From NCBI RefSeq assembly GCF_000143415.4, contig NW_003314271.1:2090806-2154805 (forward strand): a stretch of 64,000 nt of DNA. Direction: 5' to 3'. Source of the stretch: Selaginella moellendorffii (Eukaryota > Plantae > Lycopodiophyta). Below are positions 37,268-49,682 of the stretch, in pieces; within the stretch, counting starts at the first letter, position 1; the number at the start of each line of letters is the position of its first letter. The position numbers and the translations under genes are program-made. The notes beneath the pieces were generated by a model that worked only from the letters and a program-made list of their open reading frames with translations, was not told the origin of the DNA and did not search any database.

Positions 37268-37812
37268 GAGATGGCATTACTATTGGGTTTAAATCCTGAT
37301 AGTGTGGAGAGTGATGAAATTCCAAAATTATTGTATAGGCGTTGGAGGCAAAAAATAACAGTCTGAGATGGCATGTATTTATTTAAAAATGTAACTTATT
37401 ATGGCATGGGGTTCCATGCCATTGTATTAATATTAAAAGACAATTCTTTGAGAGGATTTGCATTATACTAGAAGTGTTATAGCATGTTATTGGAAGTCTA
37501 CGAAGTTGTTTTATTAATAAAGGGAAAGTAAAGATTGAATGAGGACTTGGGCTCCACCTAGACTCGGAGCAACTGAGCCAATATTAAAAGGATGGAAAGA
37601 AATTGGACGACGATGACAAGGAGAAGAGAGAGGTGAAGCAGTGGCAGGGGGAGAAGAAGTGATTGAGTAGACATTTCCTTGTTTAAAATAAAATGGCATG
37701 TGCCTCAATGCAGTTGAATTTTGTTATATTTATATACTATATAAAGGTTTGGAAACCTTATTTTACAAGTGGGATAATGACAATTCCCACTTTAACGAAA
37801 TAGAGCTTCTAG

Positions 37813-40150
37813 TAGATATGAATGACTATCTACTAAAGTTGCTTGTGTAATAAGTAGCTTTGATCTAGGGACTGGATCATGTACCTCAATTTGATTTTCA
37901 CCCAACTTAATGGCCATATTGACTTTGGCCTTCTTTAAGTAGGGACATTCTTTCAAAAAGTGCTTTACTTGACCGTAGTTGAAGTGTATGTTGTTTCCCA
38001 TACTACTAGCAAACTTAGCCTTTTTATCAGTGCCTTTTTTGCTTGACTAACCCATATACTTGTTCGCTAGCCACCAAATATGCCTTTTTAAAACCATGAG
38101 GACTCATTATTAAAAAAACTCTTCTTGAATTTTCCTTTGCCATACACCCCTCTTGGTTTGGCTCCTTTGATAAATGTGGATCTTGACCTTGTTATGTTCC
38201 CCTTTTGCAAATTATCATTGAAATACACTTTAATAGCTGCATCCAATGTTTCTTTGTAGTTGGTCAAGTTCCAACGCATCACCTTGCCTCCAACCCATGT
38301 TTGTAAGCTTGATATAAAGGCATGGAACACATCCATGTTGCCATGTTCATGACAGGGATCCTCTTCGCTATAAACATATTCACATACTCTTGAATGGTTC
38401 CTATTTGCTTCAACCTACTCAACTCATCCCTTAGGTGCAAAGTAGCATTTAGAGAAACATAAATTACATAAATCTTCACCTTTATCATTTCCCAAGTGGC
38501 CATTGGTCCTTTGTTAGCCTCTATTATTCTTCACCAAAACTTAGCATTATTTGCCAAGTATGGTTTTATATATGGGACCTTCTTTGAGCTTGGTAACTGC
38601 AATATTCAAAAATAATCCTCTATATCATAAAATCAATCCTCCACCACCTTATAGTCATTCACTTCCTTGAAGATCGGTAGGGGCTTTAGTTTGTACTTGG
38701 GAACTACTTGGGGGATTGATTTCATTTTAGTTTGTTTGACTTTGTTTGGTTTCGCTTCAGTCCCTACCAAAAGGTCCACGCTTTTTACACTACCAATATC
38801 TGCAATTTTTTTGCCTTTTCTTTTTACTTCTCATCACACTTTAGCTTGTGTATGAGGGTCTCCAACAAGGGATTGGTCTGTGCCAATTGTTCTTCTAGAA
38901 CATCTAATCAAGCCTTGGACAAATGAACTTCACCACCAAACTCTTTTTTGGAAGTTTCCTCACTGGAGTCCTTATGCCAGGATTTCTCATCCATAGCTTC
39001 TTGTTTGACTCAAGACTTTAGCTCTAGAGGAGGTTCTATCTCTGTCTAGGTTCTTTTATGTCTGCCTTGCCATCTCCTAGCAATCTGCCTCAAAAACTAA
39101 AGAAAAGGCTTCAATACCCAATTATAAGCTATAAATTGTTCCTTTCCAATTTACCAATTTACCTCATCTATTTGACCACCATTGCTTTAGCCTTAGTTAA
39201 ATTTCCTTGCTAAAGTTTCTACCTATTGTACTAACTCCTACTTGGTCCTACTTGGTTTCAACTATTCATTACACAAGCAACAAAGTATTAGCCATCCATT
39301 AACGGATTCCCAAATTCACTTTCAATCCCCCTTCTCGGGTTAAACTGAACTTAAGATTCAGTTACACTCCACATAAGCACAAGCAGCCAGGCACACCAAG
39401 CCTCTAAGTTTCTAACATCCTTTGGTATAACAAAACTTGATTATAAGACTCTCTAAATCCTAAATCTTGGGTGTATCATTTGCTTCAAGATCCTAAAGGG
39501 AAACACCATGGCTTAACAGACTAGCATGAGTATCTTTACTCCCCCACTTCCATCCCAAAGGAAAGGCTTAATCCTCTAGGAAGGAGTGAGGATCAATGAG
39601 TCACAAGATACTCAAATGGGGCACCACTCCACATGAGTTGAGAGCATTACAATCGGTTTTCCTTCTAGGAATAGGAGCTACTCATAAGCATTTCCTTGGG
39701 TAACCTCTTTGGCACCACTTGAGTTCATGCTCACTCCCACCCAAGACCTCTAACCCCAATCTTAACCTCAAGTTGGTTTAAAAGCACTACTAAAGAGTTC
39801 TTTCAAAACTAGTTCCTAAACCTCACTATCCCTACTCACTTTTAGAACCCCTTATAACTCACTCCCCCACCCCCGCCCCCCCATTGGGATGATTGCTTTG
39901 GGCTTTCACCCTATGACTTATATTAATATTTGAACTCAATCTGAAATTTGATCTTGGACTCGACCTTAGATTTGGTCTCGAACTTGATCTCGGACCCAAC
40001 CTTGGACTTGGTCTCGAACTCGATCTTGATCTCGGCTTCGGTCTTAGACCCGATCTCAGATCTCAGACTCGGTCTTGGACTCAGTCTCGAACTTGGTCTC
40101 AGACTCGGTCTCGAACTTAGTCTTGGACTCAATCTTGGACTCAGTCTCAT
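37813..40150 (-). mobile_element. Right part of the old gypsy element: degenerate gag, PBS and LTR (related to the 10848 LTR family)
   Basis: RLKQIGTIQEYVNMF and GQVKHFLKECP gag remnants; decayed PBS at ~39108-39120; C-run followed by GCTTTGGGCTTTCACCC and GGACTCGGTCTC-like repeats, as in the 10848 LTR. Confidence 0.65.
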
Positions 40151-42147
40151 CCAATGAACTCTTTATCATTCCAATCATGGTTTTAAGGATCCTTTAGCCT
40201 ATGACACCTCGGGGAATTGGTTCTTTACACTTTCCAGTGAAGGATGTACAAGGTTCTTTGCAACATGCCAGAAGTGACTGTTGACTTCATCGATGATGTC
40301 TTAATCCACTCAAAGGGGACATAGGAGGAACACATCCATGATGTTTGTAAGGTGTTAGATTAGCTACGGGAAGTTGGTTTAAAGTTGAAGCAATCAAACT
40401 GCGTGTTTGGGTCCAAGGACACAACTTATCCTGGGTACTATATTTCTCATGAGGTTTTGCAAGTTGATCATTATAAAATTGTGGCTATTTTAAAATTCCT
40501 TACTCTGAAGTGTGTGAATGATGTGTAGTGCTTCTTAGGCAAGGTGCAGTATCTTGGTTGTTTTGTTGATCATCTTTCTGATCACATTGCACCATTGCAA
40601 ATATTGCTAAAGTCGTCAATATCATCTTTCATTTAGTATGTAAAATATGAGCGGGTGTTTATGGATTTCAAAGAGCTATTAATGACTCCTCTAGTTCTAG
40701 CATATCTTGACTATACATGAACTTTCATTTTGAATATATCAACAGTACATTACAACCAGCAGAGGTAAACTACTCTACCATAGAGAAGGAGAGTTTAACA
40801 GCAGTTTAGGGTTTCAAGAAACTTTATGCATATCTACATGGTTCTCAAATGTTATTAGAAGGCAATCATATTGTAGTTACTTCATTATTAAAGTAGAAGA
40901 ACTTAGTTGGTTATACTGCTCAATGGGCTTTGAAGCTTCAGATATATAATTTTGATATTGTTCATTGCTCAAGAAATTTTATGGCTGATGATGATGCTTT
41001 TCTTGAGCTCTTCTTTCTTTTTTACTTTTTTCTCATATTTCTAACAAGTCTATTGTTCTAACATCTGTGGATTTTTTGGACAAGGATTCTATGTCATTAG
41101 TGGTTGTTATATTTGACATTTAGTGTTCACAGGATTTGAAAGCTTCATGATGGGTTTGAGAATCCTACATCACTTGCTGATGACTTGCCATTTTGGCATT
41201 TACATTCTCAATATCACTTTAAAGACAGTCGTTTTCATTTTGTAAGGACGGATCTTGATAATTATTTACAACTGGTGTTGCCTTCAATCTTTATTCTATG
41301 CTTTCTCCACACTTACCATGATTCTCCTATTCTATATGGGTATCATCGTGTGACTGAAAAGCTACACAAATTTTTTTATTAACTAAAGATGTGACATGAT
41401 GTTATTCAGTATGTGTGTAGGTGTGTTTGGTGCCAAACTCGTAATACTCCCCCTCGTGCTGCAAAAGGACAGTTGAAGTCAATTGCAATTTCCTTTATGT
41501 TTAAGTTAGTGGCATTTGATTTGATAAAACCTTTTCCACAATCAATTGTTGGTAATGAGTATATCATTATTATTTTTGACTACTTAACTCACTAGGTAGA
41601 AGTTGGTGCTCTTGCTAGCATGTCTATAACTACTGTTGGATACTTCCTCCTTAATCAAGTGGTGTTCTAGCATTCATATTAGAAGTAAATTCTTTTAGAT
41701 AATGGTCTCACATTTATGGCTAAGGCATTTTATGTTTTGATATCTCTGTTGAGGATACACCACACTTTCACGAGTGCTTATCATCCATAATTAAACGGTT
41801 TGGTGGAACAGTTTGTTCGAACCTTCAAAGGGATAATCGCGAAATATGTGAACTTTCAACATTTGGATTGGGATGATTATTTGCCATCTCTTCAATATGC
41901 ATATATCACAGGGGTGCAGAGTTATATTAGTGCTTCACCATATAAACTCCTATATGGTCATGATCCAATACTATCAATAGAGTTAGGTTTGCCTTCACAA
42001 TTGCTATAAGTTGCCGATGCTAGGTCGTGGGATTAGTATTTGATGAGTATTCTTCCACTTGTCTGAGAAGAATTTATTAAACACCTAGGCTGTATATAAA
42101 TGGGACAACAATGGTGTTACAACTCCCATCATTGTCCATTTGCGGAG
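40150..42147 (+). pseudogene. Heavily degenerate gypsy-type pol (RT, RNase H, integrase)
   Basis: FIDDVLIHS, YSTIEKE, AFDLIKPFP, DNG, NGLVEQFVRT remnants with many stops. Confidence 0.7.
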
Positions 42148-43242
42148 TTGACATATGACACATCTTTCTCATTGCAAGATGCATTCAAGTGACTTTTAAT
42201 GTATCATTAATAAATAGATCTTTCATACCACTCCTCAATTTACACATTGCATATGATGTACTATGCATACCTAGGAAGACTTCTAGAAAACTAAATATAT
42301 ATTATATATAAGTTTTTAAAACATCATAAATTACCTCCTAGAAGCAACTGATAGAGAAGGACGAAAACCTCTAAGACGGCGTTTGAAGAACTCATATTCT
42401 TCAATCGCAAACACCGATCTACCACAATCACGTGCTGCTTCGACCATCGAACCACTACCTGCTGTGCAATCGATGACAACATCCCTTGTTGGGCAATAAA
42501 GCTCAAGTAGGACATGCATTGCTGATGGAGATTGGAACCAATACCTAGACAATGTGTTGCGGATATCATCATCTATGAGATTTGGTATGATGTTAGTAAA
42601 GCTATCATACCCTAGCAAAACCTTTACAGCACGCTCGCTATCACAAAAACCATCATTTTCTCTTCTGCAAAACACATGGTAGGTCCACATCATAACCTGA
42701 ATAATAAAACTTTAGAGACAACCAAAACAGAAGATGATTTCTTACCTTCTCTGGCATGCTTAGGACACCTTTGGTCTCGACCCCAACACTATGCATGATG
42801 CACCCGAAAGAGAACCTCTTGAAGTTGACTCGACTTGCATACCTCATAAGGCAAGACATCCAATGGGGGTCATTCGGGAGAATGAAGGCAACTTGACCAG
42901 TTGTGTGAAGGAGAATTGCTGCCAAAAGGAATGCATCCTTCAAGTGGTCTTTAGTTAGGTTGTTCCAGCTTGGGACATCACCATTAGCGTCTGGAAGACC
43001 ATCTGGCATGTCAAAGAGCATGAAGTTTGTGCTCTTGAGCGGTTGCCTATGGATCTTCTGACAAAAGCACTCCCACTTTTGTTGGATAGCCATATTCTTA
43101 GCATCCTCCTCAAAAGATGCCATCAATGAACTGTAGGAGCCAATAAAGATCCCAACTTCACCACAGAATGCCACTAGAGAAATAGGGCGAATCTAGGGGG
43201 AGAAGACAAAGATAAGATGTGAACTTAAAAAAAATTTACATA
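42148..43242 (-). pseudogene. Partial duplicate of the methyltransferase exons (copy of 1031-2118)
   Basis: ORFs 42331..42693 and 42653..43174 are close paralogs of 1207..1569 and 1529..2050. Confidence 0.9.
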
Positions 43243-43309
43243 GTATATAAAATTTACATAGTATGTAAATTTTTCTTAAGTTCACATCTTATCTTTGTCT
43301 TCTCCCCCT

Positions 43310-43446
43310 AGAAGCCATTTGATCGGACAGACACCAGTCATCATTTATGGCATGTATATTGTCTAGCCAAGCACTATCCGCATCTCCATAATCTGCTCAA
43401 CCGGATGGGTTCTTCGACCACTGAACATGAGCGTGGACGTATTAGA
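43310..43446 (+). repeat. 137-bp copy of 37128-37264 (end of the HAD-domain ORF)
   Basis: Sequence appears identical by inspection. Confidence 0.9.
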
Positions 43447-43768
43447 GATATATGGATGATTTAGTGTTAGTTTGTTCCCTATTATATGGTATGTGGTTTA
43501 TCTAAAGGGCTTCTTGCTCAATAGAAAGGATTGTATTGGGTGTTGTGGCAAGTTGACTGCAAGTTTATAAGATCTTGTATAACTTTCAATAGACCAATCT
43601 TCTAGAAATTGTGCATGTATAACAATTGAAACACTTTGTACAAAGGGATTAAGAACAACTAACACCACCTACAAACCCATTGATGCCTCCTCCTAATGTT
43701 CCTCTAAATCCTAGCCCATCCTTGAGAGAATCCTGATGATCTTCCATCATTTCGAGAGAGGGTGATAA

Positions 43769-43942
43769 TGTGAGATCTAAGTGTATAGCTACAATGCCGT
43801 ATATTAATATTCACGTAATAAGATTTTAGTAGCCGTAAAATTGGTTTCAATTTGAACCATTTGCTCTTGTATATAAACTATGTTTTTTGGGCTAATTGAT
43901 ATGCACATTTTATATTCTCTTTCCATATTCCATGCACTCACA
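43769..43942 (+). mobile_element. Short LTR (probable 3' LTR), partner of 10506-10663
   Basis: TGTGAG...CTCACA preceded by purine tract GAGAGAGGG. Confidence 0.5.
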
Positions 43943-44541
43943 TCTTAAGTTTTTCTTTTTGGTTGTTTATATTATGCTTCAACTATAACAAACTCTAGGA
44001 ATATACTTTTATATATTATATACGAGATGTTTTACAAAATATTTTTGGTTATATACACTACGGTTTTCTCCATCTTTCTATTGGCCATACTTTTGTTCCT
44101 CTTCCTAAAAAATAAAAATGGAGTATAATTAATAATACATATTCTAGAGAACATGACTGCCATATAGGTGGGTAATATATGTTCTAAAGAATATATACAA
44201 CTCTTGCATATAACAAATTTGAATCCAATAACTACCAACTACCAAATCACTTTAATAGGCAATCCATTACCTACTATGGAGCTAACTTAATCTATGATCA
44301 AGTGTGAACACCCCCTACCATCCTCATATCAAGAACCTTATCTCTCAAGAACCACTCCCAACTTTCACCATGTGATCTCCTTGCCATGGATGCCTATTGG
44401 GTAAATATTAAGGAAAAACAAGGGATGTAGTTAAGACTTAGCCTAACTGGTCAAACTATGGGAACCACTAAAATGTAGCAAAATGTTACTAAAGATGTTC
44501 AAGACTTTAGACTAACATGTGAATAGCTATAACGTTAAAGT

Positions 44542-45998
44542 TTACTTCTCAAGACTAAATCCTGCTGCGTCCGCTAGCTCCTCTAAACTTAATTCGCCCG
44601 AATATTTCTGGAACGCAAGCGAGCTCATATCTTGACATGAAAATCAATGGAAGAAGTACACATACCTCGCCCTTTATGATCCAGGTAGGAAAGCCTTCGA
44701 TCTTTGCAGCCTCGCAAGCCTTTGCTGTCTTCACGTTCTTCCTATACCCATCTGGAAAACACTCAACGTACTCCAAGATCTTCATCGCTTCCTTGCCTAG
44801 CTCCTAGAAGTGATAGCGATTAAAAACCAATAGAAGTATGGATAGACAACAGGCTACCTGTTTCTGCTCGTGACAATGAGAACACCAAAACGCACCGTAC
44901 ATCTTTGCACCGATCGACTTGAGATGTTTCGCAAGCGACATCTTTGTTGCATCGGAAGACGTTGTTACCTCCGGTTCAATCGGTGGTAAGTCGATATCTT
45001 CAGACGACCTGTATGCAATCGGCAAAATCTGCCTTTCAAATCTCTTGACTATAAATTCTTTCATTTACCCCGCAAGAGCAGGACCAGCAGCTGCAAATCC
45101 CGTAGATAACGTAAAGATGACCGCAGCTCCAATCACGAGCTGCAAGCCAGCCATTCGAGGCACATCCTTCCACTTGAATCCCTGTCTACCAAAGAAGCTC
45201 GCGTAAGCACAACGTTCTAAAGAAGAGAAAATAAAAGCAAAGACTCCTAAGATCGCGAACCTTGAGTGTAGAGATAAACAAGCCAAAGGATAAAAGCACT
45301 GACGCCACGCAATAAGCGCACGATGCATTCTCGAGCTTGAAAGTCAAGAGATATAAGAAATAGCTGCTCGCAGAGACTAGAGCCGTCGTGCCTCCGAGAA
45401 GCAGCCATCTCACATCATCTTCCGGGAAAAGAGATTGGATCATCGAGAAACCAAGCAGTGATATACTGGAGTACGCAACAAAGCCGATAAGTGACAATGG
45501 AGTACCTGGAAGAGATAGAGCTATGAAAGTGAGTAAACTAAAAAGAACCAAAGAAGATCTTAGCAGGGAAAAGCATCACATACCAAAAAGGGTGGAATAA
45601 GCGCTGTTCAAGACATCGTTGCATCCATGGCCCGGGCCACTAGCCGGACAAATGGCCGAGCCTCCAAAAATTTTAATCCAGGAAAGATACGCTGTTTCGA
45701 TCGCTCCTAGCCCGGAGAGTGATGTAATCAAACCGTATGGGATTTTCCTTGGCTCCGGCTGAATCGACACGCTAGGCGATCCCGATTTTCTCTCGGTCGC
45801 CAGATTCGAGGCTTGAATCCGGAAATATTTCGGTCTTGCCTGGAAATTTTGATCAGAGGAGTCGCGAATGCGGCCTCTGGGTCATCGAAATCCACATACC
45901 TGGCCGCGGCACCATGGCGCGCTAGAGTTCTTGGAGAGAATCGACGTTGACGAAATCCTCCCGCGGAGCTCCATAGAACAGCTACTGCAATGCGCCAT
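44542..45998 (-). CDS. LTO1: Plastid VKOR-thioredoxin thiol-disulfide oxidoreductase (LTO1-like), multi-exon
   Basis: GCNDVLNSAY, CAYC, MYGAFWCSHCHEQK, YVECFPDG, IEGFPTWII. Confidence 0.88.
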
Positions 45999-46017
45999 CG
46001 CTTCTGGCGGCTATATG

Positions 46018-46128
46018 CCACGTGGCACCGACGTGGCCTTGATATGCCGTGACGTGGCTGCCCACGAGATAAATGCAAGCTTAAAGCATATGCTCTTGTG
46101 CAATCCCGCCCTAAGTGGACCACGTGGC
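46018..46128. promoter_or_regulatory. Cluster of four ACGTGGC (G-box/ABRE) motifs in a ~180-bp divergent intergenic region
   Basis: ACGTGGC at 46020, 46031, 46052, 46122. Confidence 0.55.
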
Positions 46129-46176
46129 AGGGTCAGGTGTTAGTGGTAATGGCGAGGTGAACGAGCGCCAAGGGCA

Positions 46177-48574
46177 ATGGCGATGGCTGCGCCGGCGTGT
46201 TTGCATCACAATGCGGTGGCGCTCCATGCTAGGGATCGAGGATTCTCGCGGCGGCGGCTAAGAATCGCGTGGTAAGTGCGAGATCGCAGCTAAAACTCTT
46301 GGTCTGGGCTTGATCGTATGGAATTTCGATATTTCAGCGTGAAATTGGACGATCCGTCCATACAACCGTCACCTTTGAAGCCGCAGCGGACGTTCCTGGA
46401 CAATGCAAGCAATGCGCTCACGAATTTTCTGAGCGGTGGAGGGATCCAAAACATGCCTGTCGCGGACGGTGCGATCTCGGACCTCTTCTCCAGACCGCTG
46501 TTCTTTGCATTGTATGACTGGTTTCTTGAGGTAAATCCGGGTGACACTTGCTGGAATTTACTTACATGTTTCACTTTCTTTGCAGCATGGGCCAGTTTAT
46601 AAGCTTGCTTTCGGACCGAAAGTTTTTGTGGTCGTTTCAGACCCCATTGTTTCACGCTACATTCTTCGAGAAAATGCTTTCGGCTATGATAAGGTGCGAG
46701 TGTTTTACTCAGTTGTGAGCTGGTTATTGTATTTTCATGGTCTCAGGGTGTTCTTGCAGATATTTTAGAACCAATTATGGGGAAAGGTTTGATTCCAGCT
46801 GATTTGAATACATGGAAGTCGAGAAGACGAGGTTAGTCTGTACTTTTGATGCAGGTGTTTGACAAGTGTGTGATTTGTGCAGCATTGGTTCCCGGTTTCC
46901 ACTCGGCTTATTTGGAAGCTATGGTCCGTGTGTTCAATGACTGTGCTGAACGGACCGTCTCCAAGCTCGACGCATTGATTAAAGATGCAGAGTCGAAAGG
47001 TTCCAACGTCGTGGACGTGGAAATGGAGGCGGAGTACTCAAGCCTCGCTCTTGACATTATTGGATTGAGCGTCTTCAACTACGATTTTGGCTCGGTGACA
47101 AAGGAATCTCCAGTTATTGCAGTAAGCTGTAAAATATCAGACTTTCGTGCATGATAACAAGTTGCACAGGCAGTTTACGGGACTTTGGCTGAAGCGGAGC
47201 ACAGATCAACATTTTACATTCCTTACTGGAAGTTTCCCTTGTCACGCTGGCTCGTTCCAAGACAGAGAAAGTTTCATGCGGATTTGAGCGTCATAAACGA
47301 ATGCCTGGATGATCTCATTGGAAGGGCCCAAGAAACAAGACAGGTATGTCTGGTGCTGTTTTTCCGACAAAAACTTAATTTTTGCACTGTTGAGCAGGAG
47401 GATGATATTGAAGCGCTTCAACAGCGGGATTATTCCAAAGTCAGAGTATGTAAACTATCTCTGTTGCGAAACGCTGACAGCTGCATTCGACTAGGATGCG
47501 AGTTTATTGCGATTTCTAGTAGATATGCGAGGGGAAGATGTCGATAACAAACAGGTGCATTTCTTAAATTCTGGAAATCTAATTTATTTTGTAAAATGCA
47601 TAGCTTCGGGATGATTTGATGACAATGCTCATTGCTGGTCACGAGACAACTGCAGCCGTCCTAACTTGGTCAACCTTCCTATTAGCACAGGTTAGATCTC
47701 TCTACAGCTGTGCTTTTGATTTCCAATTTGTCTTATGCATTAAAACAGAATCCCACAATAGTCACGAAAGTGCAACAAGAAATTGACACAGTTCTGGGGG
47801 ACAGAAGGCCAACGTTAGAAGACCTGAAAAATCTGAAGTAGGTGAGAAGGATTGTGGCTTTTGATTCTGAGCTTGCGTTTTTGTTCAGATACACAAAACT
47901 CGTCATTGCAGAAGCACTTCGTTTATATCCACAACCACCTCTACTTATAAGGAGGTCATTGCAGCCAGATAAGCTCCCAGGTACAAATCTTTCGAAATCA
48001 TGAATAACTTGGATACGTTCGACTTTCAGGAGGCCACAAGGGCGATCCAGATGGATACTCCATTCCCAAGGGGACCGACATTTTCATATCTGTAAGCCCG
48101 TGTAAACACACTCGGCTGGCTGACCACCTTTGCTTAAATTCAGGTTTTCAACCTTCACAGATCGCCATACTTCTGGGAGAATCCAGAGTCATTTGATCCC
48201 GAGCGTTTCCTAAGACGAAGAGTCGATTCGAGCATTCCGGGGTGGGCTGGCATTGACCCGACTAAACTTCAAGGTCTCTATCCAAATGAGGTGGGTGAAA
48301 AGTTCCTAACAGACGCTTTCCATGTAAATGGACACGTTCTTTTTCTGGCTGGCAGATAATGGCGGACTTTGCTTTCCTGCCTTTCGGTGGGGGCCCTCGT
48401 AAATGTGTTGGTGATCAGTTTGCGTTTATGGAGGCTACAATCGGCTTGGCCGTACTTCTCCGAAAGTTCAGTGTTGAGTTGAGAGGCTCCCCTCAAGAAG
48501 TTGAGCTTGTCACGGGAGCGACCTTGCACACCAAGAATGGATTGTGGTGCAAGCTGAGCAAGCGGCAGAGTTAA
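46177..48574 (+). CDS. CYP97B: Cytochrome P450 CYP97B (plastid), multi-exon
   Basis: [59 protein letters not shown]. Confidence 0.9.
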
Positions 48575-49682
48575 GCAATTGAAATCATCTTTTGACTCTC
48601 TTTTCCCTGACTTTAAACGCGTGGCCATACAGTGAGTTAAGGAGTCCTTGCTTACTCGTGAGATCTAACAATAAAATCTACGTGTTTTTTAACAGACTGG
48701 ATGCAAACCCTGCAACGAGATCTCGATCCGACAGACAGACAAGAACATGATTCCTCCCGAGTGATGGAGACCTTCTCCACAATCTCCGACAATGCCGAGT
48801 ACTACGATTCTGCACGCGAGTGCATGTGAGAAGAACGCAAGCGAGCTAGCACAAGCAAGGGATCAGTCAAGCAGGCAAGCAATCAAGCAAGCAGGCGTCC
48901 GATTGACAAACCTCGTGGGAAATGTGGAGCGACAAATAAAAGATAACTCCCATGAAGGTAGCAGCAACAGCGGCAGAGGATCAACAGCCATCACATATCT
49001 TGCTTGGAATCAAAATTTTCACAAACAGTGCGGACACAGCTGGTGGTGGTACTGCCTTCCGCTGCACGGCTAGCTGGACTCGGATCCACTCAAGCACTGC
49101 TCAACTCACTCTCGCACGGCTGGAAACCGAAGACGCGGAGTTGGAGCAGCCAGGTAGGACAAGCAAGGTACACTCTAGTCTCCTGCCTAGTGCCTATATA
49201 CACACCTCTTCAAACTTTTGTGGACGCTTCTCACAGGTGGGGTGGTGTTAATGCCTCCAGACAGACCGAGAGAGCGGCCAGAGCGTAAACTGTAAAGGCG
49301 CAATGTCAAAAAAGAATTTTTCATATTCCCCAAGAAGCGTTTGGTACAAGAACAATTCGAGCTGTTCAACCTCTCCTTTCATCCCCGCAAGCAGCAGCCA
49401 AGCATCGGCAGCTTTCAAGCTTTTGTAAGTGTCAATCAATCAATCGGCCCGGCCTGGTGGTTGCTCTCTAACTTTTTTTCGTTTTTTCCGGTTTCTGAGA
49501 AGGCCCCCCCCTGCTGTGCTGCCCATGGGAGGAGGGAGACGCGAGATTCGTTTCCGTCCAGGCAGGAACACCACAGCACCGTGACTTGGACCGCGGGAAT
49601 ATATATTTAGTGTCAGCTGTCTCCGTTGTGGGTGTCAACCGCGCGATGGGAGAGGTAAAAGTCAGCTAAAGTTTGTTTCTTC

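Larger units (their letters stand above)
24835..37808. mobile_element. 13-kb TIR DNA transposon with 24-bp TIRs and CTAG (or TA) target duplication
   Basis: CTAG|AAGCTCTATTTCGTTAAAGTGGGA at 24831-24858 and TCCCACTTTAACGAAATAGAGCTT|CTAG at 37785-37812. Removing the element rejoins the host gypsy frame (HSYLL-AL*GKLKG...ILID). Confidence 0.9.

Noticed and set aside
25062-37712. Recurrent palindrome considered as a CRISPR-like array
   Set aside because: Irregular spacing from tens of bp to kb, no constant-length spacers, no cas genes, eukaryotic context
48700-49600. Short ORFs or possible miRNA between CYP97B and CYP707A (also 53.3-55.3 kb)
   Set aside because: No recognisable domain, known miRNA sequence or convincing hairpin seen
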